Shown here: in pieces, positions 45,264 to 54,526 of the stretch
How positions within the stretch are numbered: position 1 is the stretch's first letter
Layout of the letters: every line of letters starts with the position of its first letter
DNA from: an uncultured Anaerolinea sp.
Lineage (GTDB): Bacteria > Chloroflexota > Anaerolineae > Anaerolineales > Villigracilaceae
Assembly (NCBI GenBank): GCA_964543585.1
Contig: CAZIYY010000001.1
Location: 245 to 64,244, forward strand
Direction: 5' to 3'
Length of the DNA: 64,000 nucleotides
Notes under the pieces: model-generated
Databases searched by the model: none
Seen by the model: the letters and a program-made list of their open reading frames with translations, nothing else
What the model was told of the DNA's origin: nothing
Made by a program: the position numbers and the translations under genes

Positions 45264-46241
45264 ATGCCTACCCAATCCCCCTCCCCTCACCTGCCGTTTG
45301 GCGAGAACAAAAACGCCGAGTGGTATGGCAAGGACATTATTTCTGTCAAACAGTTCAGCCGCAACGACCTGGAGTATGTGTTCGGCGTGGCGCATGAGAT
45401 GCGCGGCATGGTCGAGCGCGTCGGAACGTTTGATTTGCTGAAAGGAAAAATTCTGGCGAATCTTTTTTACGAACCTTCAACGAGAACATCGTCGTCGTTC
45501 ACTGCCGCGATGGAACGGCTGGGCGGTTCGGTCATCCCGATCAACGAAGTGAAGTATTCGTCTGTCACGAAAGGCGAGACGCTTACCGATACCGTACGCA
45601 CGCTCGAATGTTATGCGGATGTGATCGTGTTGCGTCATCCTGAGGTCGGCTCGGCGGCGATTGCGGCGAAAGCGGCGCGCAAACCCGTCATCAACGCGGG
45701 TGATGGCGTGGGCGAACACCCCACGCAGGCGTTGCTCGATGCGTTCACGATTACGGAGGAACTCGGAAGATTTGATGACCTGACCGTGACCATGCTCGGC
45801 GATCTAAAGTATGGACGCACGGTACATTCATTGGCGCGCCTGCTTTCGATATTCAATGTGAAGTTGAATTATGTCTCGCCCGATATTTTGAAGATGCCAA
45901 AAGAAATCATGGATGAAGTGGCTGAGAAAAGTATCTCGCAAAACGAGTTTTCAACGCTTGATAAGGTTTTGCCTGCTACCGATGTGCTGTATGTCACGCG
46001 CGTGCAAAAGGAACGCTTTGAAGACCCTGCCGATTACGAGAAGGTCAAAGGCGCGTACGTGATTGACCCTGCTATCATGAAAGCCGCGAAGCCGGATATG
46101 ATTGTGATGCACCCGCTCCCGCGCGTCACCGAGATCAGCATGGACTTCGACGACGACCCGCGCGCCGCGTACTTCCGCCAGATGGAATATGGTCTGTATG
46201 TGAGGATGGCATTGCTGGCGATGGTGTTGGGTAAAGCATAA
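45264..46241 (+). CDS. pyrB: Aspartate carbamoyltransferase catalytic subunit
   Basis: [28 protein letters not shown]. The RBS AAGGAG lies upstream. Confidence 0.9.
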   Translation: MPTQSPSPHLPFGENKNAEWYGKDIISVKQFSRNDLEYVFGVAHEMRGMVERVGTFDLLKGKILANLFYEPSTRTSSSFTAAMERLGGSVIPINEVKYSSVTKGETLTDTVRTLECYADVIVLRHPEVGSAAIAAKAARKPVINAGDGVGEHPTQALLDAFTITEELGRFDDLTVTMLGDLKYGRTVHSLARLLSIFNVKLNYVSPDILKMPKEIMDEVAEKSISQNEFSTLDKVLPATDVLYVTRVQKERFEDPADYEKVKGAYVIDPAIMKAAKPDMIVMHPLPRVTEISMDFDDDPRAAYFRQMEYGLYVRMALLAMVLGKA

Positions 46242-46248
46242 ATATTTG

Positions 46249-46315
46249 CCACAGAGTCACTGAGACACAGAGAAAAAATTAAAAATCTCCGCGACTTTGT
46301 GTCTCTGCGGCTAAG
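46249..46315. repeat. REP-C hairpin element
   Basis: CCACAGAGTCACTGAGACACAGAGAAAAAATTAAAAATCTCCGCGACTTTGTGTCTCTGCGG. Confidence 0.75.
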
Positions 46316-46322
46316 GAATCTT

Positions 46323-47127
46323 ATGGAAACATTTTTCTCTTTTCTCGAAAAACGCGTCGATGACTGTTCTTCGCTTTTATGCGTTGGACTCGACCCGCAC
46401 ATCCCCGACCTCAATGAACCTACCGCCGCGTCTGCGCGTGACTTCTGCCTGGATCTCGTTAAGCAGACTGCTCCCTACGCGGCGGCATTCAAACCCAACG
46501 CGGCGTTCTTCGAAGTCTTCGGCGCCGAAGGCTGGACCGCGCTCAAACAAGTGATTGACGCTATTCGCAAAGAATCGAATCGACGCGGTTCGATGATTCC
46601 CGTTATCCTGGATGCGCGGCGATATTGCCTCCACTGCTGAAGCGTATGCCAGGTCGGCGTTTGAGACTCTCGGCGCGCACTGCATTACGTTGAATCCATA
46701 TCTCGGACACGACTCGATTGAGCCGTTCATTCAGGATCGGGAAAAGGGCATCTTTTTGTTGTGCAAAACATCCAATCCAGGTTCTGGCGATTTGCAAGAC
46801 ATCGTTCTCTCCGATGGCGATTTGCTTTATGAACATGTCGCTAAACTTGCACAGACGTGGAATACAAAAAACAACATCGGACTCGTCGTTAGTGCAACAC
46901 ACATTGACGCAATGAAACGCGTCCGCGCCGCGGCGCCCGATCTGTGGTTCCTCGCCCCTGGCGTTGGCGCGCAGGGCGGAGAGCTAGAATCAGCCTTGAA
47001 AGCTGGATTAAGAAAAGATGGAAAAGGCATACTTTTACCAATGTCTCGCGCGATTTCTCGGAGTGACAACCCGCGTATGACGGCGGCAAAAATTCGAGAT
47101 TCGATACTCGAAATTCGGGCTCAATAA
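46323..47127 (+). pseudogene. pyrF: Orotidine-5'-phosphate decarboxylase (type 2), interrupted by a frameshift at ~46612-46620
   Basis: ORF 46299..46640 has LCVGLDPH, FKPNAAFFE and ends ...PVILDARR. ORF 46612..47127 has RGDIASTAEAYA...NPYLG...TSNPG. Together they form one type-2 PyrF, and the break falls in the D-x-K-R-G-D-I active-site motif. Confidence 0.8.
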
Positions 47128-47155
47128 TCCGTGCAAACTATAGGAGCTCCAACCC

Positions 47156-47779
47156 ATGACAGACGAATTACGAATATCGACTGACGAATTATCGGCTTTA
47201 GCCGACGAACTCCTCTCCGCTAGCTGTATCAAATTCGGAGAATTCACCCTCAAGTCGGGACTCAAATCTCCCATCTATATTGACTTGAGGCAAATCATTT
47301 CTCATCCTCGTTTGCTGGCGCAAGTTGCTGAGGCATACCTTCCGATAATCTCCAGTCTCCAATTCTCCCGCCTCGCAGGCTTGCCGTACGCCGCCATTCC
47401 CATCGCCACCGCCATCAGCCTTGCAGGGAACTATCCCATGATCTACCCGCGCAAGGAAGCCAAATTGTATGGCACGAAAGCCGAGATCGAAGGCGAATAC
47501 CACGCGGGCGAGACCGCCGTCATCATTGACGATCTCGCCACCACAGGCGGAAGCAAATTCGAAGCCATCGAAAAACTGACCAGTGTGGGCTTGGTCGTGA
47601 AAGATGTCGTCGTGCTGATCGACCGCCAATCAGGCGCAAAGGAGTCACTCGCGCAGGCAGGGTTCAATCTCCACGCAGTGCTGACAATCAGTCAACTGCT
47701 GGATTATTGGGAGTCCACGGGGAAGGTGGGGAAGGATAAAATTGAGGAGACGAGGAAGTTTTTGAAAGAGAGCAAATAA
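47156..47779 (+). CDS. pyrE: Orotate phosphoribosyltransferase
   Basis: PRPP-binding motif VIIDDLATTGGS and FTLKSGLKSPIYIDLR. Confidence 0.9.
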   Translation: MTDELRISTDELSALADELLSASCIKFGEFTLKSGLKSPIYIDLRQIISHPRLLAQVAEAYLPIISSLQFSRLAGLPYAAIPIATAISLAGNYPMIYPRKEAKLYGTKAEIEGEYHAGETAVIIDDLATTGGSKFEAIEKLTSVGLVVKDVVVLIDRQSGAKESLAQAGFNLHAVLTISQLLDYWESTGKVGKDKIEETRKFLKESK

Positions 47780-48159
47780 TGAACAGTAACAAAAAGCCAG
47801 CATATCGTTTCTCAATTATCAGAATGATCCATTCCATTTGGAGCACCATCTTCTCTAATGCGTGGAGATCATGGTTTTTTATGTTTATTGCAAGCCTTTT
47901 GGTTGTAGCTATTTGGATGTCTCTAAGTCAGAACTATTTAACTGAGTACAACTTTACACCTGTAATAGATTCTTTGGCCTTAGCGATAATGTTTGGAACA
48001 TGGGGGTATCTTGGCTATCAGGCTGAAAAAAATCGCTTTTTCCCACATCCAATCACAAATAATGTTCCTGGGGTTGGACTTGCCCTGATGGTAATCGGTT
48101 GGGGATTTATGATTTATTTGCTATATTTAACGGTTTCAAAATTGATAGAACTATTCTAA
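47779..48159 (+). CDS. Hypothetical membrane protein (126 aa)
   Basis: AT-rich ORF with three hydrophobic helices. The start overlaps the pyrE stop. Confidence 0.45.
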   Translation: MNSNKKPAYRFSIIRMIHSIWSTIFSNAWRSWFFMFIASLLVVAIWMSLSQNYLTEYNFTPVIDSLALAIMFGTWGYLGYQAEKNRFFPHPITNNVPGVGLALMVIGWGFMIYLLYLTVSKLIELF

Positions 48160-48168
48160 GGAGTAGTT

Positions 48169-48230
48169 GTGCCCAAGAAACACACTTTCAAAGCTACTAT
48201 CCAAAATGCAGGCGGGGCGGGCATTTGTGA
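48169..48230 (+). pseudogene. Truncated duplicate of the 5' end of the DUF1905/YdeI-like gene at 48954
   Basis: MPKKHTFKATIQNAGGAG versus MPKKHTFTATIQNVGGGGG at 48954. The DNA is similar over about 60 nt, then unrelated. Confidence 0.6.
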
Positions 48231-48267
48231 AAACAAAAAACTTCCGAGTTTTCATCGAAAGTTTTTT

Positions 48268-48609
48268 TCATTCTGTCTTCAATCCTTGAAACTTTTCTAT
48301 CAAATCAGGGATTTGGGTTTGGATGACATCCCAAATGATTTCGTTGTCCAAACCAAAATATTCATGCGCGATAACGTTGCGTAAACTTGCAACTTCACGC
48401 CAGGGAATTTCGGGATGTTCCGACTTGAAGACTCGCGGCATTTGACGCGCTGCTTCGCCAATCACTTCCAAACTACGAACCACAGCCAGATACGTGCGCC
48501 GATCTCTTCCGAGTCCTTCCGAGTCACTCATCGCCTTCGTAAAGTCGCGAATATCCTGACAGGCTTGCAGGATGTCATCAATGTATAACTTTGGACTACG
48601 AGATGACAT
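48268..48609 (-). CDS. hepT: HepT-family (DUF86) ribonuclease toxin
   Basis: Rx4HxY motif RNVIAHEY; 113 aa. It overlaps the upstream MNT gene by 14 nt. Confidence 0.85.
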   Translation of the reverse strand: MSSRSPKLYIDDILQACQDIRDFTKAMSDSEGLGRDRRTYLAVVRSLEVIGEAARQMPRVFKSEHPEIPWREVASLRNVIAHEYFGLDNEIIWDVIQTQIPDLIEKFQGLKTE

Positions 48610-48895
48610 TCAGCAAATCCCTCTCCACTGAGGAGCGTATCGCAGGTTTCAAGCCTTTGGGCGTGACCAGGTCCACATTGCGGCCGAGCAAATCCTCCAG
48701 ATAGAATTTCAAGCCAATGTAATTTGCCCAGGTTGGCTGGTTGAATTGCACAAGAATGTCCACATCACTGCGTTTACGTAGGCGATTCCGTGCTGCTGAC
48801 CCAAATAAAGCCAGCGATTTTACGCCATACCGCTTGTATGCAGTGCGTTTCGATTTCAAAACTTTGACAACATCGTCCCGATTTTCAGTAACCAT
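48596..48895 (-). CDS. mnt: MNT-family nucleotidyltransferase antitoxin
   Basis: LALFGSAARNRLRKRSDVDILV (GS-x-DxD Pol-beta motif). The start at 48895 (MVTEN) is preferred, with 48922 possible. Confidence 0.8.
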   Translation of the reverse strand: MVTENRDDVVKVLKSKRTAYKRYGVKSLALFGSAARNRLRKRSDVDILVQFNQPTWANYIGLKFYLEDLLGRNVDLVTPKGLKPAIRSSVERDLLNVIS

Positions 48896-48953
48896 GATTA
48901 AATTATACACGTTTCGGCGCATGTTAGAATAACGGAAAATATGAGGTGAACCT

Positions 48954-49418
48954 ATGCCCAAGAAACACACCTTTACAGCCACCATTCAAAACGTGGGCGG
49001 AGGCGGCGGATTTGTGGAAGTTCCCTTTGATGTGGAAGAGGCCTTCGGCTCGAAGCGGCCCAAGGTCAAGGCAATGATCGAGGGAGTCCCATATCGCGGT
49101 ATATTGACCCGCATGGGAACAGAGCGTCACCTGCTCATTATTCTGAAAGGAACCCGTGAGCAGATCGGCAAGTCATTTGGCGACGAAGTGAAAATTACCG
49201 TCGAGCCGGATACCGAGCCGCGCGTGATCGAGGTCCCTGCAGAGTTGAGGAAGGCGTTCAAAGTGGAGAAGGAAGCGAAGACCTTCTTCGATAAATTATC
49301 GTACACACATCAAAGGGAATATGTGACGTGGATCAACGAAGCCAAAAGAGAAGAGACGCGCCAGAATCGAATCGTGAAAACGATCGGGATGTTGAAGGAA
49401 GGGAAGAAACGCTCGTAA
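48954..49418 (+). CDS. DUF1905 / YdeI-like protein
   Basis: VEVPFDVEEAFGSKRPKVKAMIEGVPYRG (DUF1905-like beta barrel), and C-terminal YTHQREYVTWINEAKREETRQNRI (YdeI/OmpD-associated-like). Confidence 0.75.
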   Translation: MPKKHTFTATIQNVGGGGGFVEVPFDVEEAFGSKRPKVKAMIEGVPYRGILTRMGTERHLLIILKGTREQIGKSFGDEVKITVEPDTEPRVIEVPAELRKAFKVEKEAKTFFDKLSYTHQREYVTWINEAKREETRQNRIVKTIGMLKEGKKRS

Positions 49419-49468
49419 GGCGGGATGGCATCCCGTGCGAAGAAGAGGCTACATTACGGAGGTAAAGC

Positions 49469-50197
49469 GTGAAGAGACGCAGTCAAGGCGTATTACTAGA
49501 ACAATTGAAACGCTCGAACAAGGCGAATCGGAAAATTAAGTCCGATGAAGCGGTGCAGACCTGGCTGCACCTGACCAGAGGCAACAAAACAGTTCTGCCG
49601 CCGAGATTCCGCCATGAGGATGTCCGTTCTTCGGAAAACATGCTGGAGTTTTTCGTAAATGAGTTTACGGAAAAGAGACAGATCGTCTTCGATCCTTTTG
49701 CGGGCTTTGGAACCACCCTGCTCGTCACTGAAGAAATGGGCAGGATCGGATATGGCATTGAATATAGCAAACAGAAGGCAGACTATGTGCATGGGCTGCT
49801 CGCTCACCCGGAGCATTTGATCCATGGCGACTCTCGCAATCTCATGGATTATGACCTGCCACTCTTCGATCTGTGTCTTACTTCACCGCCGTACACGAAT
49901 GAGAACGATGCTGAAAATCCATTTGTGGACTACAGACAAAAAGGATTCGACTATCCATCTTATTTAGAGGAAATGGGCCGCATCTTTTCACAAGTGGGCC
50001 GCAAGCTGAACCCGTCTGGCCATGTGGTGATCGAGGCTTCGAACTTAAAAAAGAAGGGCCATGTAACCATGCTGGCCTGGGATATAGCGCGTGAAGTATC
50101 GAAGTTCCTTCAATTCGAAGGGGAAACCATTATCTGCTGGGACAAATATGGGTACGGCTATAATCACAGTTATTGTCTGGTCTTTTCCAAAACCTAA
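49469..50197 (+). CDS. SAM-dependent methyltransferase of the N4/N6 DNA-methylase type, orphan
   Basis: The GTG start follows a GGAGG RBS. Motif I VFDPFAGFGTT precedes motif IV LTSPPY. No restriction-enzyme-like neighbour. Confidence 0.65.
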   Translation: MKRRSQGVLLEQLKRSNKANRKIKSDEAVQTWLHLTRGNKTVLPPRFRHEDVRSSENMLEFFVNEFTEKRQIVFDPFAGFGTTLLVTEEMGRIGYGIEYSKQKADYVHGLLAHPEHLIHGDSRNLMDYDLPLFDLCLTSPPYTNENDAENPFVDYRQKGFDYPSYLEEMGRIFSQVGRKLNPSGHVVIEASNLKKKGHVTMLAWDIAREVSKFLQFEGETIICWDKYGYGYNHSYCLVFSKT

Positions 50198-50206
50198 GGA
50201 GCTTTT

Positions 50207-50716
50207 ATGCAACTCACGGGTTACCTCAAAAATCTTTATAATTACAACTACTGGGCGAACAAACGTTATTTGGCGGTCGCTGAATCTTTGGCAGAAGAAC
50301 AACTCTTTCGTAAGCAGGGGCACAGCTGGGACAGCGTCCATGCCGTGTTGGTGCACATGATGAGTTCCGAACGCATGTGGCCGCAGCGTTGGAGAGGGGA
50401 CACGGCCAGTTTTCTTGACCCGACGGACTTTCCAACCATTGCGTCCGTTCACGATTATTGGGTGGATGTGGAGAAGAACATGCTCGGCTTCATTGCTGAG
50501 CAAACAGACCAATCGCTTTTGAAAGATATTACTTACACCAATCCTAAAGGCGAGACGTTTACCCTGCCCCTGTGGCAGATGGTCGTCCAGCCGCCGAATC
50601 ACAACACGCATCATCGCGGCGAACTGGCGGCGATGTTCGCGTTGATGAATATCCCGCATCCCGAGGATGAAGTGGTGCAATATTTTTTGGATAAAAGCGG
50701 GCAAAAACATTTTTAA
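50207..50716 (+). CDS. DinB-family protein
   Basis: YNYWANKRYL at the N-terminus and HNTHHRGEL near the C-terminus (DinB four-helix His triad). Confidence 0.8.
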   Translation: MQLTGYLKNLYNYNYWANKRYLAVAESLAEEQLFRKQGHSWDSVHAVLVHMMSSERMWPQRWRGDTASFLDPTDFPTIASVHDYWVDVEKNMLGFIAEQTDQSLLKDITYTNPKGETFTLPLWQMVVQPPNHNTHHRGELAAMFALMNIPHPEDEVVQYFLDKSGQKHF

Positions 50717-50761
50717 CCACGAAGGGCACAAAGTAACACAAACGAGATCTATATAAATCCA

Positions 50762-51793
50762 ATGTACTCCCTCCTTCGCGATCTTCTCTTTCGTTTAGAT
50801 CCTGAAACCGCGCATCAACTTACGCTTCACTCATTACGCATTGCAGGACATTTTCCTCCTTCTTATTGGCTGCTCACACAACTTTATAAAACCCCACCCA
50901 AACCTGTTCAAGCGTTTGGATTAACTTTCAAGAACCCTGTTGGACTTGCGGCGGGATATGACAAGGATGCGGTTGCCATTCGCGGACTCTCCGCCTTGGG
51001 CTTTGGTCATATTGAAGTTGGCACGGTCACGCCCCAGCCTCAGGCTGGGAATCCGCGTCCGCGCGTGTTCCGCCTTTTGGAGGATCAGGCGGTGATCAAT
51101 CGCATGGGGTTTCCATCTGAAGGAATGTTGAAAGTCAAAGGTCGAATGTCAAAGGTTGGTGATTGGCGGCCTCTGGTGGTCGGTGTGAATCTTGGCAAGA
51201 ATAAGGAAACCCCTCTTGAAGACGCCGCAAGCGATTACGTTACCCTGATGAAAACCTTCGCGCCCCTTGCAGATTATCTGACAATAAATATCTCTTCGCC
51301 TAATACGGTTGGACTGCGAAAATTACAAGGGCGCGAAAGGTTGGAAGGGTTACTCGGAGGGATAGGCAATGAACGTCAAACATCAAACGTCAAATGTCCT
51401 GTTCTTGTGAAGATCTCGCCTGATTTGAATGATGAGGAATTGGACGATGCGATTGGTGTCATCATTGATAAGGGCATGGACGGGATCATTGCCACGAACA
51501 CGACTCTGGCGCGCGACGGATTGAGACGCCGCCCTGAGCGAGCCGAAGGGTCAAGGCATCAGGGAGAATCAGGCGGGTTGAGCGGGAGACCGCTCAAGGT
51601 CGGGAGCGAAGCGATCCTTCGTCAAGTGGTGAAGCGCGTGGATGGGAGAGTCCCGGTTGTCAGTGTGGGCGGAATCATGAGTCCGGACGATGCAAAGAAA
51701 AGACTCGCTTTGGGGGCGAGTCTTGTTCAGGTGTATACAGGGTTGATCTATCAGGGACCAAAACTTGTTCGGCAGATCGTAAAAAGTTTGTAG
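50762..51793 (+). CDS. pyrD: Dihydroorotate dehydrogenase (quinone), class 2
   Basis: NRMGF, NLGKNK, INISSPNT, IATNTT, GGLSG, VGGI. The N-terminal extension is typical of class 2. Confidence 0.9.
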   Translation: MYSLLRDLLFRLDPETAHQLTLHSLRIAGHFPPSYWLLTQLYKTPPKPVQAFGLTFKNPVGLAAGYDKDAVAIRGLSALGFGHIEVGTVTPQPQAGNPRPRVFRLLEDQAVINRMGFPSEGMLKVKGRMSKVGDWRPLVVGVNLGKNKETPLEDAASDYVTLMKTFAPLADYLTINISSPNTVGLRKLQGRERLEGLLGGIGNERQTSNVKCPVLVKISPDLNDEELDDAIGVIIDKGMDGIIATNTTLARDGLRRRPERAEGSRHQGESGGLSGRPLKVGSEAILRQVVKRVDGRVPVVSVGGIMSPDDAKKRLALGASLVQVYTGLIYQGPKLVRQIVKSL

Positions 51794-51794
51794 A

Positions 51795-53888
51795 TCAGTG
51801 TTGCGCGGGACGCAGAGCCGCCTGCGCGCCTTCCTTGGGATTCTTGAAGAAGCCATCGGGCATTGGGATGGGAAAGATATTTGCGCCCGTGTTCAACTCA
51901 CCTACTAGAATATAGTATAGCGCTGAGGTTGCTTCGGGGCCCGAGCCCAGATCCTGAAATTCAAGGAACAAGTAGGTACCGTCGGGACTCCAGCGCGCAT
52001 CGCGATAACAACATTTGCCCGGAAAGACCAGTGTGGGTTTGTGAGTTGACCAGTTGTAGATGTACAGTTCACCCCAGCCTTCATTGCGCCTGGAGGTGTT
52101 GAAAACAAACTGGCTGTATCCATCCCAGTCAAAGTCCGGCATTTCGCGGTTTTGAAACCCAATCGGGATGAAACGCGTGCCGGGGAAATTATCCTGCAGG
52201 TCTATCAACTCAGGCTTGCAGGCTGTAATGTCAAACACACTGACTTGTTCCGATTGGACGGCTGCATTACCGGGATCATTGCCTTTGAAGAGCCACGCCA
52301 CGAGTTTGTCGTCGGCAGACCAACGCGCCTCCTGGACCCTGAGCGCCGCCGGTGTTTTGGGAGTCGGCAAAATGCAAGCACCCTCCAGCCTCAACAACGG
52401 ATTGCGGTTCGTGATCGTCCGCATGATTTCGAAGTCCAACGGCACGACAAAAATTTCGTTGCTCATGGCGATCATGACCTGCTTGCCATCATGCGAGACC
52501 TGAAATGCATCCAGTGTGGCTTCCGATGGGAAACTGGTCAGCGTATCCACCGTATCGGTGGTGATATTGTAGTATTTCACGGTCTTGCCGCTGAGGAAGA
52601 TGATCGTTTCACCATCCGGCATCCATTGCAGGTCATTCTTTTTGGCGCCATCGTTCGTGAGTTGTTTCAGATCCGAGCCATCCACATTCATCAGCCAGAT
52701 CTCGTTGTTGGCAACCAAGGCAATCTTGTCCGCACCGCCAATTGCAAGCGCCGCCGGTGGAACAGTTTCCGTTGGAGCAGGCACGCTCTCGGTGGCTGTT
52801 TCTGCAGGCGGGATATTCGTTTCTGTCGCGACGGGTTCGGATGTTTCGGTTGGCAGGACTGGAGGAGGCGTATTGACCGGCGCCTCAGTTGCGCGAGAAT
52901 TGTTGATCCCGTTAAACAGCAAGATGCCCCCCGCGATCACTGCAAGGGCGATCACAGGCACGATCACGACCAGCGCGTTGAATCCTTTTTTCTCAGGGGT
53001 AACCGGCCGCTTCTTGATCACGGTGCCCTGGACAGTCTTTGGCGCGACGATTTGTATCTTGGTCGGCTCGCCGCGCATGACGGCGTGCAGTGCATCGGTC
53101 ATTTCCTTCGAACTGGAGAAGCGCTCATCCCTGTCCTTTGCCATTGCCTTTTGGATGATCGCGTCCATGCCCGGCAGGAGATTCGGGTTGGCGTTCAGAA
53201 TGTGCGGCACAGGGTCGGTGATGTGTTTGAGAGCGACCGCCATGGGCGTGTCGGCTTCGTAGGGCTGCCTGCCTGTGACCATTTCGTACAGGATGATGCC
53301 AAGAGCATAAATATCGGCGCGACCGTCAATTGAATCGCCCTGGGCTTGTTCAGGAGCCATGTAGGCAGGCGTGCCGATGATGGCGCTGCCTGTAACGTTG
53401 CCCGCCTGAGCCTGCGATAACTTTGCAATGCCAAAGTCTGATATGTAGGGAATGCCTTTATTGTCGAACAAAATATTGCTTGGCTTGATATCGCGGTGCA
53501 CGATGCCTTTGGCGTGCGCCTCATCCAGGCCAGGTCCCACTTTTTCGATGATGCGCGTCGCTTCCTCAATGCTGAGCACACTGGCTTTTATTCTTTCGGA
53601 GAGCGAACCCCCGTTCATATAGCGCATGACGAAGTATGGCTGTCCGTTTTCCTCGCCGACGTCGTATACCGGAACAATGGCGGAGTGTTCAAGCGAGGCG
53701 ATGATCTTTGCCTCACGTTCGAAGCGCAGTCGGAATTGCGGGTCTGCATGGAGCAGTTCCGGGGGCAGGACTTTGACGGCAACCTCGCGCTCGAAGCGCG
53801 GGTCGTATCCCCGATAGACCGTCGCCATTCCACCGCGCCCCAGTTCGGATTTTATTTCGTAGCGGCCAATTTGTTCCGGTTGCATCAC
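51795..53888 (-). CDS. Ser/Thr protein kinase with a TM segment and a C-terminal beta-propeller-like domain
   Basis: GRGGMATVY, VAVK, HRDIKPSNIL, DFGIAK, APE. A TM helix follows (ALVVIVPVIALAVIAGGILLF), then an extracellular domain with PD40/TolB-like repeats. Confidence 0.9.
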   Translation of the reverse strand: MMQPEQIGRYEIKSELGRGGMATVYRGYDPRFEREVAVKVLPPELLHADPQFRLRFEREAKIIASLEHSAIVPVYDVGEENGQPYFVMRYMNGGSLSERIKASVLSIEEATRIIEKVGPGLDEAHAKGIVHRDIKPSNILFDNKGIPYISDFGIAKLSQAQAGNVTGSAIIGTPAYMAPEQAQGDSIDGRADIYALGIILYEMVTGRQPYEADTPMAVALKHITDPVPHILNANPNLLPGMDAIIQKAMAKDRDERFSSSKEMTDALHAVMRGEPTKIQIVAPKTVQGTVIKKRPVTPEKKGFNALVVIVPVIALAVIAGGILLFNGINNSRATEAPVNTPPPVLPTETSEPVATETNIPPAETATESVPAPTETVPPAALAIGGADKIALVANNEIWLMNVDGSDLKQLTNDGAKKNDLQWMPDGETIIFLSGKTVKYYNITTDTVDTLTSFPSEATLDAFQVSHDGKQVMIAMSNEIFVVPLDFEIMRTITNRNPLLRLEGACILPTPKTPAALRVQEARWSADDKLVAWLFKGNDPGNAAVQSEQVSVFDITACKPELIDLQDNFPGTRFIPIGFQNREMPDFDWDGYSQFVFNTSRRNEGWGELYIYNWSTHKPTLVFPGKCCYRDARWSPDGTYLFLEFQDLGSGPEATSALYYILVGELNTGANIFPIPMPDGFFKNPKEGAQAALRPAQH

Positions 53889-54140
53889 GCCTCAAGTATA
53901 CCTATCCCAAAGTGTGAGCGCAAGCATTAATGCGTGGCAAATTTATGATGAATTGGATATGCAGATAGGCGGTGTTGAAACAAAAAGGCGGTTCGGGTCG
54001 TCATGAATATATGCCAGGGACGCCGGACTGATGGTAGTTTGAAATTGGAGGAACCATGGGTTTCGATTTGAAATATGAGCCAGCCGAACAATGCAATCGC
54101 AAGATTGTTCATTTCCGTTTTGTGGTATATTGGCGGCATT

Positions 54141-54503
54141 ATGGATGAAAAAATCACAATCATTGAGGGTCCCCCTCCCGTTTTTGAAGCGGTGAATGAT
54201 GGCTGGGCGTTGGGCTTGAATGAAGGCACTCGTTTATCCGTCCCTGCATTGACCCGTTTGCGAACCTTCAACGGGCCCGCCCTTGTGGAACGCTGTTACC
54301 GGGCATGGAACAGCAGGTCAACCATTCAGTTGCATTACCGCAATGATGTGGGCGTCGAACAGTCGGCTCCCATCCTTGCGGCTCGTAATGTTGAGACGCC
54401 TGACGGGCACGTACTTTTGTTGTGGGTGTATCTCGACCACGATAAGGTGGAGTACGAACTGGACAAAGGGGATGATGAAGCGGACGAAGACAATTTTGAA
54501 TAG
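54141..54503 (+). CDS. Hypothetical protein (120 aa) with an acidic C-terminus
   Basis: ORF from the ATG at 54141. No recognisable motif. A strong terminator follows after a REP-C element. Confidence 0.4.
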   Translation: MDEKITIIEGPPPVFEAVNDGWALGLNEGTRLSVPALTRLRTFNGPALVERCYRAWNSRSTIQLHYRNDVGVEQSAPILAARNVETPDGHVLLLWVYLDHDKVEYELDKGDDEADEDNFE

Positions 54504-54526
54504 ACCTCTTGCGAAAGTCATTTTCG

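Noticed and set aside
45188-45397. 69-aa ORF upstream of and overlapping pyrB
   Set aside because: It is a read-through of the REP-A unit and the AATTACC repeat tract in a frame that overlaps the well-supported pyrB start.
48169-48384. 71-aa ORF 48169..48384 as a genuine gene
   Set aside because: Only the first ~20 codons resemble a real protein (the DUF1905 N-terminus). The remainder is antisense to hepT and has no coding character. It is annotated as a truncated duplicate.
51123-51400. TCAAACGTC / AAGTCAAAGGTC-like motifs inside pyrD (51123-51160 and 51368-51400) as further in-frame repeat insertions
   Set aside because: By my recollection of E. coli PyrD, the corresponding loops have similar lengths. 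No clear hairpin is formed, so there is no evidence of an insertion.
52152-53333. Long ORFs antisense to well-supported genes: 393 aa at 52152..53333, 261 aa at 43792..44577, 222 aa at 39120..39788, 228 aa at 50045..50731, and 151 aa at 10528..10983
   Set aside because: Each lies entirely opposite a gene with clear family motifs (kinase, transposase, TauE, DinB/MTase, ABC ATPase). Each has an Arg/Gly/His-rich low-complexity composition typical of shadow ORFs in GC-rich DNA.
53889-54140. Possible small RNA or tRNA in the gap upstream of the kinase gene
   Set aside because: There is no cloverleaf, no strong hairpin plus T-run, and no recognisable conserved RNA motif. It most likely just holds divergent promoters.
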